Source: Vulcanimicrobiota bacterium
Lineage (GTDB): Bacteria > Vulcanimicrobiota > Xenobia > Xenobiales > JADMJV01
DNA: 64,000 nt
NCBI GenBank assembly: GCA_050250895.1
Contig: JBFWNU010000002.1
Span: 439,659-503,658 of the forward strand
Direction: 5' to 3'
The first letter of the stretch is position 1; every line of letters begins with the position of its first letter. The notes under the pieces are model-generated. The model worked only from the letters and a program-made list of their open reading frames with translations. It had not been told where the DNA came from and ran no database searches. Shown in pieces: positions 1 through 7,975 of this stretch. The translations under genes and the position numbers were made by a program.

Positions 1-320
1 GGCCGTCGGGCAGGCAAGGTGCGCTGGCGACTTCCAGCTGGAAGACCCGCCAGGCCAGACAACCTCGCCATGGCCACTTCCGCACGGAAGAGCAGCCCGG
101 CCCGGCGGGTCGCGGCCTGGGCGAGCAGCCCGCCTGGACACTTTCGCCGCGGAAGCCTGCTGGGCCGCTGGGCCGTCGGGCAGGCAAGGAGGCAAGGGTG
201 CGCTGGCGACTTCAGCTGGAAGACTGGCCAAGCCAGACAACCTGGCCATGTCACTTCCGCGCGCGGCAGTCCGCCGGGCCCGGCCCGACGGGTCGCTGAG
301 GTCAGCCCCGCCCGGGCAGG
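1..320. repeat. Degenerate ~170-bp tandem repeat (2 copies visible, may continue left of the window)
   Basis: GGCCGTCGGGCAGGCAAGG...GTGCGCTGGCGACTTC.AGCTGGAAGAC...GCCAGACAACCT.GCCATG..CACTTCCGC begins at 1 and again at 171; no credible ORF. Confidence 0.8.
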
Positions 321-321
321 C

Positions 322-942
322 CTAGAACGGCTTACCGCAGGCGGTGCAGAAGCGGTCATCCGGCTCGCGGGGGGTGCCGCAGCCGCCGCAGAACTTCTTG
401 GCTTTCGGGGTTGGGGCGACCTCGGCCCGGGCGGTGGGCTGATGGACGCGAATCCTCAATTTGTCGGTCATGCCCAGGCTCCAGGGAATCTCCAGTTTGC
501 ATTCCACGGTCCAGACTACGGGGCCGCGTTGGATGGGGATGCCGGTCGAGAGGGAAGCCGCCATTTCCGCCACTTTCACCAGGTCCGAATCGGGGGTCAG
601 ATCGCTGAACTGGCGGGGCAGGGGCAGTTGGAAGGGATAGATTCCTTCGTCGTAGCGCCGCTGGCCATCGAGTTCCTGACGATACTCGTAAAGGATGTGC
701 TGACGAGTGGAGCGACGCACTTCGCGATGCCAGCGGCCGTCGCGGTGAACTCGCTCGACCTTGGGCTCGGTCACTGACTGGCTGGCCCGCACGTCAACGC
801 TGAGGCGATGGCCGTCGGCCGGCTGCTTGAGTTGATAGACCAGTTCGCCTTCGATGACCTCGCCCAGGGCAAAGTCGGTGCGTGGAAGCACGATCTGGAT
901 GGCGCCTCGGCTGAACCCCAGGCTGCGAAAGAAGCGATCCAT
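322..942 (-). CDS. SpoOM/arrestin-N-like protein with C-terminal zinc ribbon
   Basis: beta-rich GEVIEGEL...YPFQLPLP...WTVECKLEIPW; C-terminal CGGCG...FCTACG. Confidence 0.65.
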   Translation of the reverse strand: MDRFFRSLGFSRGAIQIVLPRTDFALGEVIEGELVYQLKQPADGHRLSVDVRASQSVTEPKVERVHRDGRWHREVRRSTRQHILYEYRQELDGQRRYDEGIYPFQLPLPRQFSDLTPDSDLVKVAEMAASLSTGIPIQRGPVVWTVECKLEIPWSLGMTDKLRIRVHQPTARAEVAPTPKAKKFCGGCGTPREPDDRFCTACGKPF

Positions 943-948
943 CCGCGG

Positions 949-3435
949 TTAGGCGAACATCTGGCGGATATTCTCTTCGTAGTGGGCGGTCACCACGGGA
1001 CGCACGAAGTTGCCTTTACCGGTCACTTCGTCACCGCTGAACTCGTGGTCGAGCACGGCCACGCTGCCGACTCGCTCGTAACCGATGCGATCCTTGGTGC
1101 GCTCGGAAGCGTCCGACTTGATGAGCTCGATGACCTTCGGGTCGGCCGCCATCTGGGCCGGCTCGGTCGAGACGCCGTTCTGCTTGGCCCACTCGGTTAG
1201 CGCGTCGAAGTTCGGCACCACCAGCGCTCCGACCCGCGATTTGGCGGTGTCGCCGACCACCACGGCCTCTTTGATATAGGGTGAGGCGCGCAGGGCATCT
1301 TCGATGGGCTCAGGAGTGACATACTCGCCGTTGGGAAGTTTGAACTGGCTCTTGATGCGGCCTTTGATAATCAGGTTGCCGTTCTCGATGCGGCCGCAGT
1401 CGCCGGTCTTGTACCAGCCGTCGGCAGTGAACGATTCGGCCGTCTTTTCGGGCTGGTCGAGGTAGCCACCCGTCATCACGCCGGGGCCTTTGAGCAAGAT
1501 TTCGTTGTTCTCGCCGATTTTGACCTCGGCTCCGGCGACCGGTTTGCCGGCCGAGTCGAACTCCGAGAAGACTTCGGTCTGGGTGAATTTGTCGGCGGCC
1601 CAGGCGGCCACTCCGCCGATGAGAGCGGCACCGGCTACGCCCCAGGCGACCGGGCCACCCACGATGCAACCCACGGCCGCGCCTACGGTGGCGCCGATGC
1701 CGGCTCCGGCCAGACCGGCCTTTTTGGGGTCGACCGCGGCTTCGCTGGTGGTGTGCAGGTTGCCCAGGGTGATGGGGCCGGTGGTCTCGGATAGACCATA
1801 GCCCTGCGAAACCTTGTAGCCCAGGCCGCGGAAGAAGCTCTCGAGGGTCGAGCCGAGGGCGGCGCCACCGCTGAGCATATACTTGATGTTGCCGCCCGTC
1901 TTCTTGTCGATCTCACGACGGACGTTGGGGAAGACCGCCTTTTCGGCGGCGGCGAATTTCAATCCGGTGGTCAGGCTGACATCGCCTTTGGTCTTGGCTT
2001 CGTAGAATTCTTGGGCCGACTGGACCGACCAGTCGAAGGCCTGGGCTTTGCTGAACTTGAGCTTCGAGGCCAGGCTGCCGATCCCGCCGGCGATGGCGCT
2101 GCCCAGGGCGGCTCCGCCGATGGGGTTGCCGACCAGGGCGCCACCCAGGGCACCCACGGCCGCGCCGAAAGTGGCCGAGAGCGCGGCCGCGCGACCGGGG
2201 CTGATGGTGGTCTCGCCTTCGGCTTTGGCAGGGGAAATCTGGTGGTTGATCTTTTCGAGCAGACCGCCCTCGGAAGCGCTCGAGACGGCTCCGCCCAGGC
2301 TGGCACCCAGAGCCGCGCCGGCGACGGGCATTCCGATGAAGGCGCCGCCCAGGCCACCCAGCACGCCACCCAGGGTAGCGGCCGCGATGCGCACGGTTTT
2401 GGGAGAGATCACGCGCTCGGTCTGTTTGTGGGCGGCCTTCTGAGCGCCGTCGTAGAAGTTTTGGTAGTGGGCGGGCGAGAGGACCAGGAAGGTCGGTTGG
2501 AGTTGACGCAGGTCTTTGAGGAAACCGGTCTGACCGGCAGGGTAGGGGACTTTGCCGCCCATCGCCGCCACGGCGTTGCTGACGGCCCGGCCCATGACGT
2601 GGCCCTCGGGGGCGCCGGCCGGGTAGACTTCGTTCTGAGCGGTGACGCTAGAGACGGTCTCGGCGTCGTTGCCGGTGAACTTCTTGACCACGCCGTCGAT
2701 GGTGCCCAGCCAGTTGCCGTGCGAGAGAGCCACCCATTTGGGGTTGCCGGTCGAGCCCGAGGTGTGGACCATGCCACCCACGTCGTCATACTTGATGGCT
2801 TCGCGGCGCTCTTTCATCTGGTCGGCGTGAGCCGGAGCAGCAGCGTGGCCGCGATTCATCAGGTCGCTCCAGGTGTGGAGCTGCTTGCCGGTCTTGACCT
2901 CCGAGGTGTCGACGCCATCAAGCACCACGATGTGGGCCAGGTCTGGCAACTGGCTCTCGAGCGAGACCACCTGCTTGAGGCGGCTGGCGCTGTCGACCAC
3001 CAGCACCTTGTGGGCGGCGGTCTGAAGGGTGGATTGAACTTTTTCGTCGGTGAGTTTATCGACCAGCGGAGCCGAGATGCAACCGGCGTCGAGGGCGCCC
3101 AGGTCGGTGATGCGCCCTTCCACGGTGTTGTCCATGTAAGTGCCGACCCGCTCGCCAGGAGCAACGCCCAGTGCGATCAGGGCTGAATGGAAGTCTTCGA
3201 CCTTCTCGAGGGTCTGGGCGTAGGTCAGATACTCATAATCCTTCTCGCCTTTGGCGCCGATGAAGGGGCGGTCGGCGTATTTGGCGGCAGCCATTCTGAA
3301 GAAGTTTGGCAGGGTGTGCACTTCGGCACTCCCGGCCCAACTGTCGAGGGCCTCGTTCTTCGGGTATTCTTGCGACCCGATGCGGCGAGGGCTTTCGGCG
3401 TTCTGGCGGATGGCTGGGTTGTGAGAAATCTGCAT
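949..3435 (-). CDS. Long-chain acyl-CoA ligase (FadD/AMP-binding)-like protein with three glycine-zipper insertions
   Basis: HTSGSTGNPK, SGGAAL, GYGLSET, GWYKTGD, GRIK motifs; three Gly/Ala-rich hydrophobic inserts. Confidence 0.85.
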   Translation of the reverse strand: MQISHNPAIRQNAESPRRIGSQEYPKNEALDSWAGSAEVHTLPNFFRMAAAKYADRPFIGAKGEKDYEYLTYAQTLEKVEDFHSALIALGVAPGERVGTYMDNTVEGRITDLGALDAGCISAPLVDKLTDEKVQSTLQTAAHKVLVVDSASRLKQVVSLESQLPDLAHIVVLDGVDTSEVKTGKQLHTWSDLMNRGHAAAPAHADQMKERREAIKYDDVGGMVHTSGSTGNPKWVALSHGNWLGTIDGVVKKFTGNDAETVSSVTAQNEVYPAGAPEGHVMGRAVSNAVAAMGGKVPYPAGQTGFLKDLRQLQPTFLVLSPAHYQNFYDGAQKAAHKQTERVISPKTVRIAAATLGGVLGGLGGAFIGMPVAGAALGASLGGAVSSASEGGLLEKINHQISPAKAEGETTISPGRAAALSATFGAAVGALGGALVGNPIGGAALGSAIAGGIGSLASKLKFSKAQAFDWSVQSAQEFYEAKTKGDVSLTTGLKFAAAEKAVFPNVRREIDKKTGGNIKYMLSGGAALGSTLESFFRGLGYKVSQGYGLSETTGPITLGNLHTTSEAAVDPKKAGLAGAGIGATVGAAVGCIVGGPVAWGVAGAALIGGVAAWAADKFTQTEVFSEFDSAGKPVAGAEVKIGENNEILLKGPGVMTGGYLDQPEKTAESFTADGWYKTGDCGRIENGNLIIKGRIKSQFKLPNGEYVTPEPIEDALRASPYIKEAVVVGDTAKSRVGALVVPNFDALTEWAKQNGVSTEPAQMAADPKVIELIKSDASERTKDRIGYERVGSVAVLDHEFSGDEVTGKGNFVRPVVTAHYEENIRQMFA

Positions 3436-3510
3436 CTTTATAGACTCTTTCTAGGACTAGCACGAGTTTACCCGAGGGGTCCAAAAAAAGCCTGAAAGCT
3501 GTAAACGGTG

Positions 3511-4734
3511 TTAGAGTTCTCCTGGAGGCAAGAGGCCGAGGCGGATGTAGCCGACCTGATCCGGGGTGTGGGTGTCACCGAAAGCTGGCGCGTGCTCGTG
3601 GTGCGTGCGAAACAGGTTGAGGATGTAGAGCATGCGCTGCTGGATATCGGTGTAGTCCTTGGTGCCGCTGCCGGCGGGAGTGTCCTTTACCTCGAAGCGG
3701 TCGAAGATGTCTTGAAGCTTCTGGTTTTCGATGGTTTGCAGATGCTGGGGATAGCCGCCTTCAGGCAAGGGCACGTCCTGGCCCAAGCGCAGGGTCTTAT
3801 CAGGCAGGGGTAGCGTCAGGTGATGGCGGGTCACCAGGGAGCGGGTGCCCCAGGGCAGCGCTTTGACGACATCTGCCTGGGCAGTGATCTGCTCGTCCCA
3901 CACGATCTGGGCGTTGCCCAACAGGGTCAATTCTTGCTTTTTCTTGGGATCGGTCTCGAACTTGGCCTGGTAGTAGCTCTGGAACCCCTCTTTGACCAGG
4001 CTGAAGCCACCTTCTTCCGAGGGGCCGTCGGGGCCGATGCCATCCAGAAACTTCTGCAGCTTGGCCGGGTCGGGCTCGGTGTCGTTGGCGAACGCCTCGA
4101 CAAAGCGGGCGTAGTTACGGGCCGTGCGCCGGAAGATTTCGTCGTTGCCGTCGCTGATGGCGTCGGCGCTGCGTTGGGACATGAATTCCACCAGCGCGCC
4201 TGCGGTCAGGCCAGCGACCAGACCAATGGGTCCGGTGGCGGCGGCCGCAACCGCGCCGATGGCGGCGGTGGGCTTGAGCCAGGGAAAGTCCTCCTGGCGA
4301 ATGGTGATCCCTACGTGCTTGGAGGCCCAACTGGCCCAGGCGCACCAGTTGACCCCGCTGTCGCTGCCGAGGCAGTCGCGAAACTCGCGGGCCAGGTCGG
4401 TATAGCACTGGGTGACCAGCACGTTGCGCTTGACCGGATCTTTCACCTCGAGAATGGCGTCGCAGCGCGCGGCCGAGACCGAGGGACCACCCACTTCGAG
4501 GTCAACCCCCTGCCAGCCGGAAGGGGCAGGGGGCGCGGTCTCCACTGCGGGAGACGGCTCGGGCGAGGGTTCGGACCGGGTGGGCGGCTGGCTGCGAGGC
4601 TGCCCGGCCGGGGACGACGATTGGCCGATTTCGCTGCGATCTGTGGGATCGACGGGGAGAGAGGTCGGTCCCTTGATTTGGCCGGCCCGGCGAGCAACCG
4701 GACTGGCGCTACTGGTAGTAGGCAAGATCTTCAT
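3511..4734 (-). CDS. Hypothetical protein with low-complexity N-terminus and Gly-rich hydrophobic segment
   Basis: Long ORF; MKILPTTSS start; NVLVTQCY...NWCAWASWASKHVG motif (DUF2515-like by eye). Confidence 0.65.
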   Translation of the reverse strand: MKILPTTSSASPVARRAGQIKGPTSLPVDPTDRSEIGQSSSPAGQPRSQPPTRSEPSPEPSPAVETAPPAPSGWQGVDLEVGGPSVSAARCDAILEVKDPVKRNVLVTQCYTDLAREFRDCLGSDSGVNWCAWASWASKHVGITIRQEDFPWLKPTAAIGAVAAAATGPIGLVAGLTAGALVEFMSQRSADAISDGNDEIFRRTARNYARFVEAFANDTEPDPAKLQKFLDGIGPDGPSEEGGFSLVKEGFQSYYQAKFETDPKKKQELTLLGNAQIVWDEQITAQADVVKALPWGTRSLVTRHHLTLPLPDKTLRLGQDVPLPEGGYPQHLQTIENQKLQDIFDRFEVKDTPAGSGTKDYTDIQQRMLYILNLFRTHHEHAPAFGDTHTPDQVGYIRLGLLPPGEL

Positions 4735-4781
4735 GCAGCCCATGTATTTTAAGGCAGTTGACCGGCGATGTCTACCTTTGT

Positions 4782-5492
4782 TCAGGTATCTTGTTTAACG
4801 GCCACCACCAGGTAGTTTTGCTGGGCGTAGGTCGGCGCCACCTTGAGCACCGAGAACCCCGCCTGGGACAACAGGTTGCGCAACTCATCGGGTTCGAGAA
4901 AATGAAACTGGCGGTTGCGGCCCTGGCTGACGACAATCAGGTTGAGCAGGGTAACGATCCCCAGGGCAGGCAGCATCAGAACGAATTGAAGCCATTCGAG
5001 CGGGGTGCGGGCGGCTCGCAGGTGGTCGAGCACCAGGGGGGACAGGGCGAAGTTACGGCTGGGGTTGGAGATGACCAGACGTCCTCCCGGACGCAGCACT
5101 CGTTGCAGTTCGCCCAGGGTTGCCTCGGGCCGCGGCAACGAATAGAGCACGTTGCAGCAGGCTACGGCATCAAAGCTCTGGTCATCAAAGGCGATCGGAG
5201 CGTCAAGATCGGCCGCGTAGAGATTGGCGGCCCGGCATTTTTTGCGGGCGCGCCGCAGCATCGCGCCGGCCCGATCGATTCCTACGACTTCGACGGAGGG
5301 GTTGTCGCGCTCGCTCAAGCGACAGAAGTTGCCGGTGCCGCAGCCTGCATCGAGTACCTTGCGGCAACTGTGCAGGTGCAGCCCGTCCGCGAGGTCGCTC
5401 AGCATCCGTCGATACGGGATCAACAGGGTCAGGGTGTCGTAGAAGAATGCGTAAAGATTCCAGAAGTTTTGCCAAAATGTCTGTTTGAACAT
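4782..5492 (-). CDS. Class I SAM-dependent methyltransferase
   Basis: VLDAGCGTG, VVGID, FDAV, RVLRPGGRL motifs. Confidence 0.9.
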   Translation of the reverse strand: MFKQTFWQNFWNLYAFFYDTLTLLIPYRRMLSDLADGLHLHSCRKVLDAGCGTGNFCRLSERDNPSVEVVGIDRAGAMLRRARKKCRAANLYAADLDAPIAFDDQSFDAVACCNVLYSLPRPEATLGELQRVLRPGGRLVISNPSRNFALSPLVLDHLRAARTPLEWLQFVLMLPALGIVTLLNLIVVSQGRNRQFHFLEPDELRNLLSQAGFSVLKVAPTYAQQNYLVVAVKQDT

Positions 5493-5498
5493 GGACCC

Positions 5499-5627
5499 AC
5501 TCTATCGGCCGAACTCAACAACTTCTCAACAGACAGTCGACTGGGTTGAGTGGCATTCAATCTCTTATTTGTCGAGGGTTTGCGCCGATTCGTTGTTGAC
5601 GTTCTGTTGAACGTGCGGTGGTACCGT
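5499..5627. promoter_or_regulatory. Divergent promoter with mirror-image 11-bp-periodic direct repeats (SARP/OmpR-type boxes)
   Basis: TCAACA at 5515 and 5526 (degenerate TCGACT at 5537) before the minus-strand -10 TAGAGT (5499-5504); TGTTGA at 5594 and 5605 before the plus-strand -10 TACCGT (5622-5627). Confidence 0.65.
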
Positions 5628-7308
5628 GTATGAACTCTCTTTGGGAAAGGGGGGCAAGGTCTTGCCTGAAGCTCTCACTCGGCCGGCCGCAACCGGCCAA
5701 ACGCTCTTCCTCGAATATGGTGAACTCATCTCATTCGAGGATATCAAAGAATACCTCACCATCCGCGCCCATGTCTACAAAGATGCGGGATACCTCGACG
5801 CCACGGCGCCTGACCTGGATATCGACCCCTACGATCGCAACTGTCGATACGTCGGCGCCTTCGTAGAAGGAGAGGACGGTCCGATCATGGTCGGCGGGGC
5901 GCGGTTGATCCTTCCCCCGGGCGAGGAGCCCAACCTGGCGGTGCTCGAGCAACTGGCTCGGCCCCTGGGGGGCCTGCCCGCCTCGGCGACGTATCACTAC
6001 TGCACCCAGAGCGGATTCGATCTGAGCGCTCTGCTCGACTATGCCGACCGCCACCAGCTGCGTCTGGCCGAGTTCGGACGAACCGTCTGCCTGCCGGAGT
6101 ATCGCTCTCGCTATGTCGGGCTTGGTCTGGTGCAGGCAGTGCACGGATTAGCCTACAGCTACGGTATCGACCTGGGACTGTCGTCGGCCCCACCGAAGCT
6201 GGAAGGCTTCTATGCCCAGTTTGGCTGGTTCGCGGTTTGCCGCCAGGGGGCTCAGCGCGTGGCCGGACTCGACACGGATGCGGTGGTCATGCTCACCGAT
6301 TTTCGGGCCCCGAAAAGCCACAGCTTGCTGGCCTATCGGGCCTCGGTCCTGCTCGACGGCGGACAGGCGCTTCGCCTTTGCTCTTGCCGAGACTGTCTCA
6401 ACAATCACGATCACGGCCGCCGCCGGCCTTTGATCGAAGGCGCCCTCGAGTTCGAAACCGGTCCGGGCTGGACTCCGGTTGGCGACTTCGTCGAGCAGGT
6501 AGCTGCCTCAGAGGTGACCACCCGCGTCACCGACGAGAGCCTGAGGCTGGGCATGGAGTCGCCCACCATCTCGCTGCCCGATGACAAGCTGGCGGCCTCC
6601 TTTGTCGGTCAGCTGGAGCGCCTGGGCTTTGACCACATCTGCCTGGGGCAACTGGGTGGACCTCATCCCAGCCAGGCTTTGCTGGGCAGGCTGCTGACCA
6701 GGCTGCCGATTGATCTCAAGTCCAGGCTGAGTCTGGCGGTGCCCTGTCAGGCAGGCGAGATCGAGCGTGGCTTCGGCTTGTTGGCGGGACGTTCGGCACG
6801 CCTTGATGTGGTGGTCCAGGCAGAGTGTCTCCATGAGTTCGAGCCGGTCTTGCCTCGGCTGGTGGGACGGCCTTTCGCGGTCGTGCTGGAAGGGGTGGGC
6901 GGGCTGGCCCAGGAGCGCCTCCTGGCCTGGCTCGACAGCTACGCTCAGACCGGGGTAGAGTGTGTCTTTCTGGTCGACTCGACTGGCACACTCGAGCCCG
7001 ACCAGGTTCGCCAGCTGTTGCGCCTGGGACGCCGGCTCTTCCCTAAGTTACGCCTGGGATGGGGCGGTGGCAACGATCGGGGCCTGGCTCTGGCCAACGC
7101 CCTGGCGGCCCTCGAGGAGGGAGCCATCGAGTTGCGGGGTAGCGGCCTGGGGCTGGCCCAGCGGGCCGGCACTCTGGCGGCGGACGAGGTGATGGTGCGC
7201 TCGGGTTGGAGCAGAGAGCTGTGGCAGACCTATCGGTTGGCGGTCGGCAGGTTGTACGGGGTGCCGACCTTGTGGCCTGGCTGCCTGGAGGAGGTTTGTC
7301 ATGAGTAA
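5626..7308 (+). CDS. Fusion: FeeM/LuxI-like GNAT acyltransferase + degenerate LeuA/HMGL-like (DRE-TIM) barrel; start may be TTG 5662
   Basis: N-half R.HVY...GY...DIDPYD, GGARL, AEFGR; C-half TDESLRLGMESP, LVDSTG, GGGNDRGLALANALAALEEGA, GLAQRAG. Confidence 0.7.
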   Translation: MYELSLGKGGKVLPEALTRPAATGQTLFLEYGELISFEDIKEYLTIRAHVYKDAGYLDATAPDLDIDPYDRNCRYVGAFVEGEDGPIMVGGARLILPPGEEPNLAVLEQLARPLGGLPASATYHYCTQSGFDLSALLDYADRHQLRLAEFGRTVCLPEYRSRYVGLGLVQAVHGLAYSYGIDLGLSSAPPKLEGFYAQFGWFAVCRQGAQRVAGLDTDAVVMLTDFRAPKSHSLLAYRASVLLDGGQALRLCSCRDCLNNHDHGRRRPLIEGALEFETGPGWTPVGDFVEQVAASEVTTRVTDESLRLGMESPTISLPDDKLAASFVGQLERLGFDHICLGQLGGPHPSQALLGRLLTRLPIDLKSRLSLAVPCQAGEIERGFGLLAGRSARLDVVVQAECLHEFEPVLPRLVGRPFAVVLEGVGGLAQERLLAWLDSYAQTGVECVFLVDSTGTLEPDQVRQLLRLGRRLFPKLRLGWGGGNDRGLALANALAALEEGAIELRGSGLGLAQRAGTLAADEVMVRSGWSRELWQTYRLAVGRLYGVPTLWPGCLEEVCHE

Positions 7309-7975
7309 CACCCAATTGTGGGACGCCACCGCGGTCGTCATGCCTGCCAATCGCGAGCAAGTACGGGCGGCGGCCGGACAGCTCGGACTGGAAAGCTGGG
7401 ACGGCTCGGGCCGCTTGGTGCGACTGCGGGCGCCCCTGGACGAGGCGGGACTGAGACGGGCTTTGAAAGCCCAGGCGGCCCTCGAGCAGGTGGTCTTGTG
7501 GCTCGACGGCTTTGGCTCGATGGGGACCTGGTATGCCATGGTGGCCGCCCGCTCAGGAGTGGGGGTCGTGCTGGCTTCGGCCTTTGGAACGGGCGGGTTG
7601 CCGGCCCTCGAACAACTCGTGGTGAACGGTCTCGGACAGAATGTCCGGCGCTCTGGGCTGGGCGATTACCTGGCTATCGTGGGTGGATTGCTCAAGTTGC
7701 GACCGTGGCCGCACCAGCCCGTGGCCGGCGAGGTGGCCTTCGAAGCCTGTCGCAGCGGATCGAGCAGCAGCCTCGACCCCGAAAGGTTCGGGCTGGCTCG
7801 TCGGCACCGGGTAGGAGCCTGCTCGGACGAAGGCGTGGTCGAGACCTGCCTGCGCCAGCTCAGTATCGAGCCCACTCCGGCCAGGGTGCAGCGGGTGCTG
7901 GGAGCAGCCGCTGGTTCGGCCGGGCTCTCCGAACTCGAGCTGATCAACTGTCTGGGCGAGGCCGAGCTAGTTTAG
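7301..7975 (+). CDS. Degenerate, truncated LeuA/homocitrate-synthase-like protein
   Basis: ALEQLVVN, PHQPVAGEVAF, LDPERFG...VGACS resemble the LeuA barrel end and post-catalytic linker; 8-nt overlap with the upstream gene. Confidence 0.55.
   Translation: MSNTQLWDATAVVMPANREQVRAAAGQLGLESWDGSGRLVRLRAPLDEAGLRRALKAQAALEQVVLWLDGFGSMGTWYAMVAARSGVGVVLASAFGTGGLPALEQLVVNGLGQNVRRSGLGDYLAIVGGLLKLRPWPHQPVAGEVAFEACRSGSSSSLDPERFGLARRHRVGACSDEGVVETCLRQLSIEPTPARVQRVLGAAAGSAGLSELELINCLGEAELV

Noticed and set aside
19-777. 252-aa plus-strand ORF
   Set aside because: Runs through the non-coding repeat and antisense to 322..942; no protein-like features
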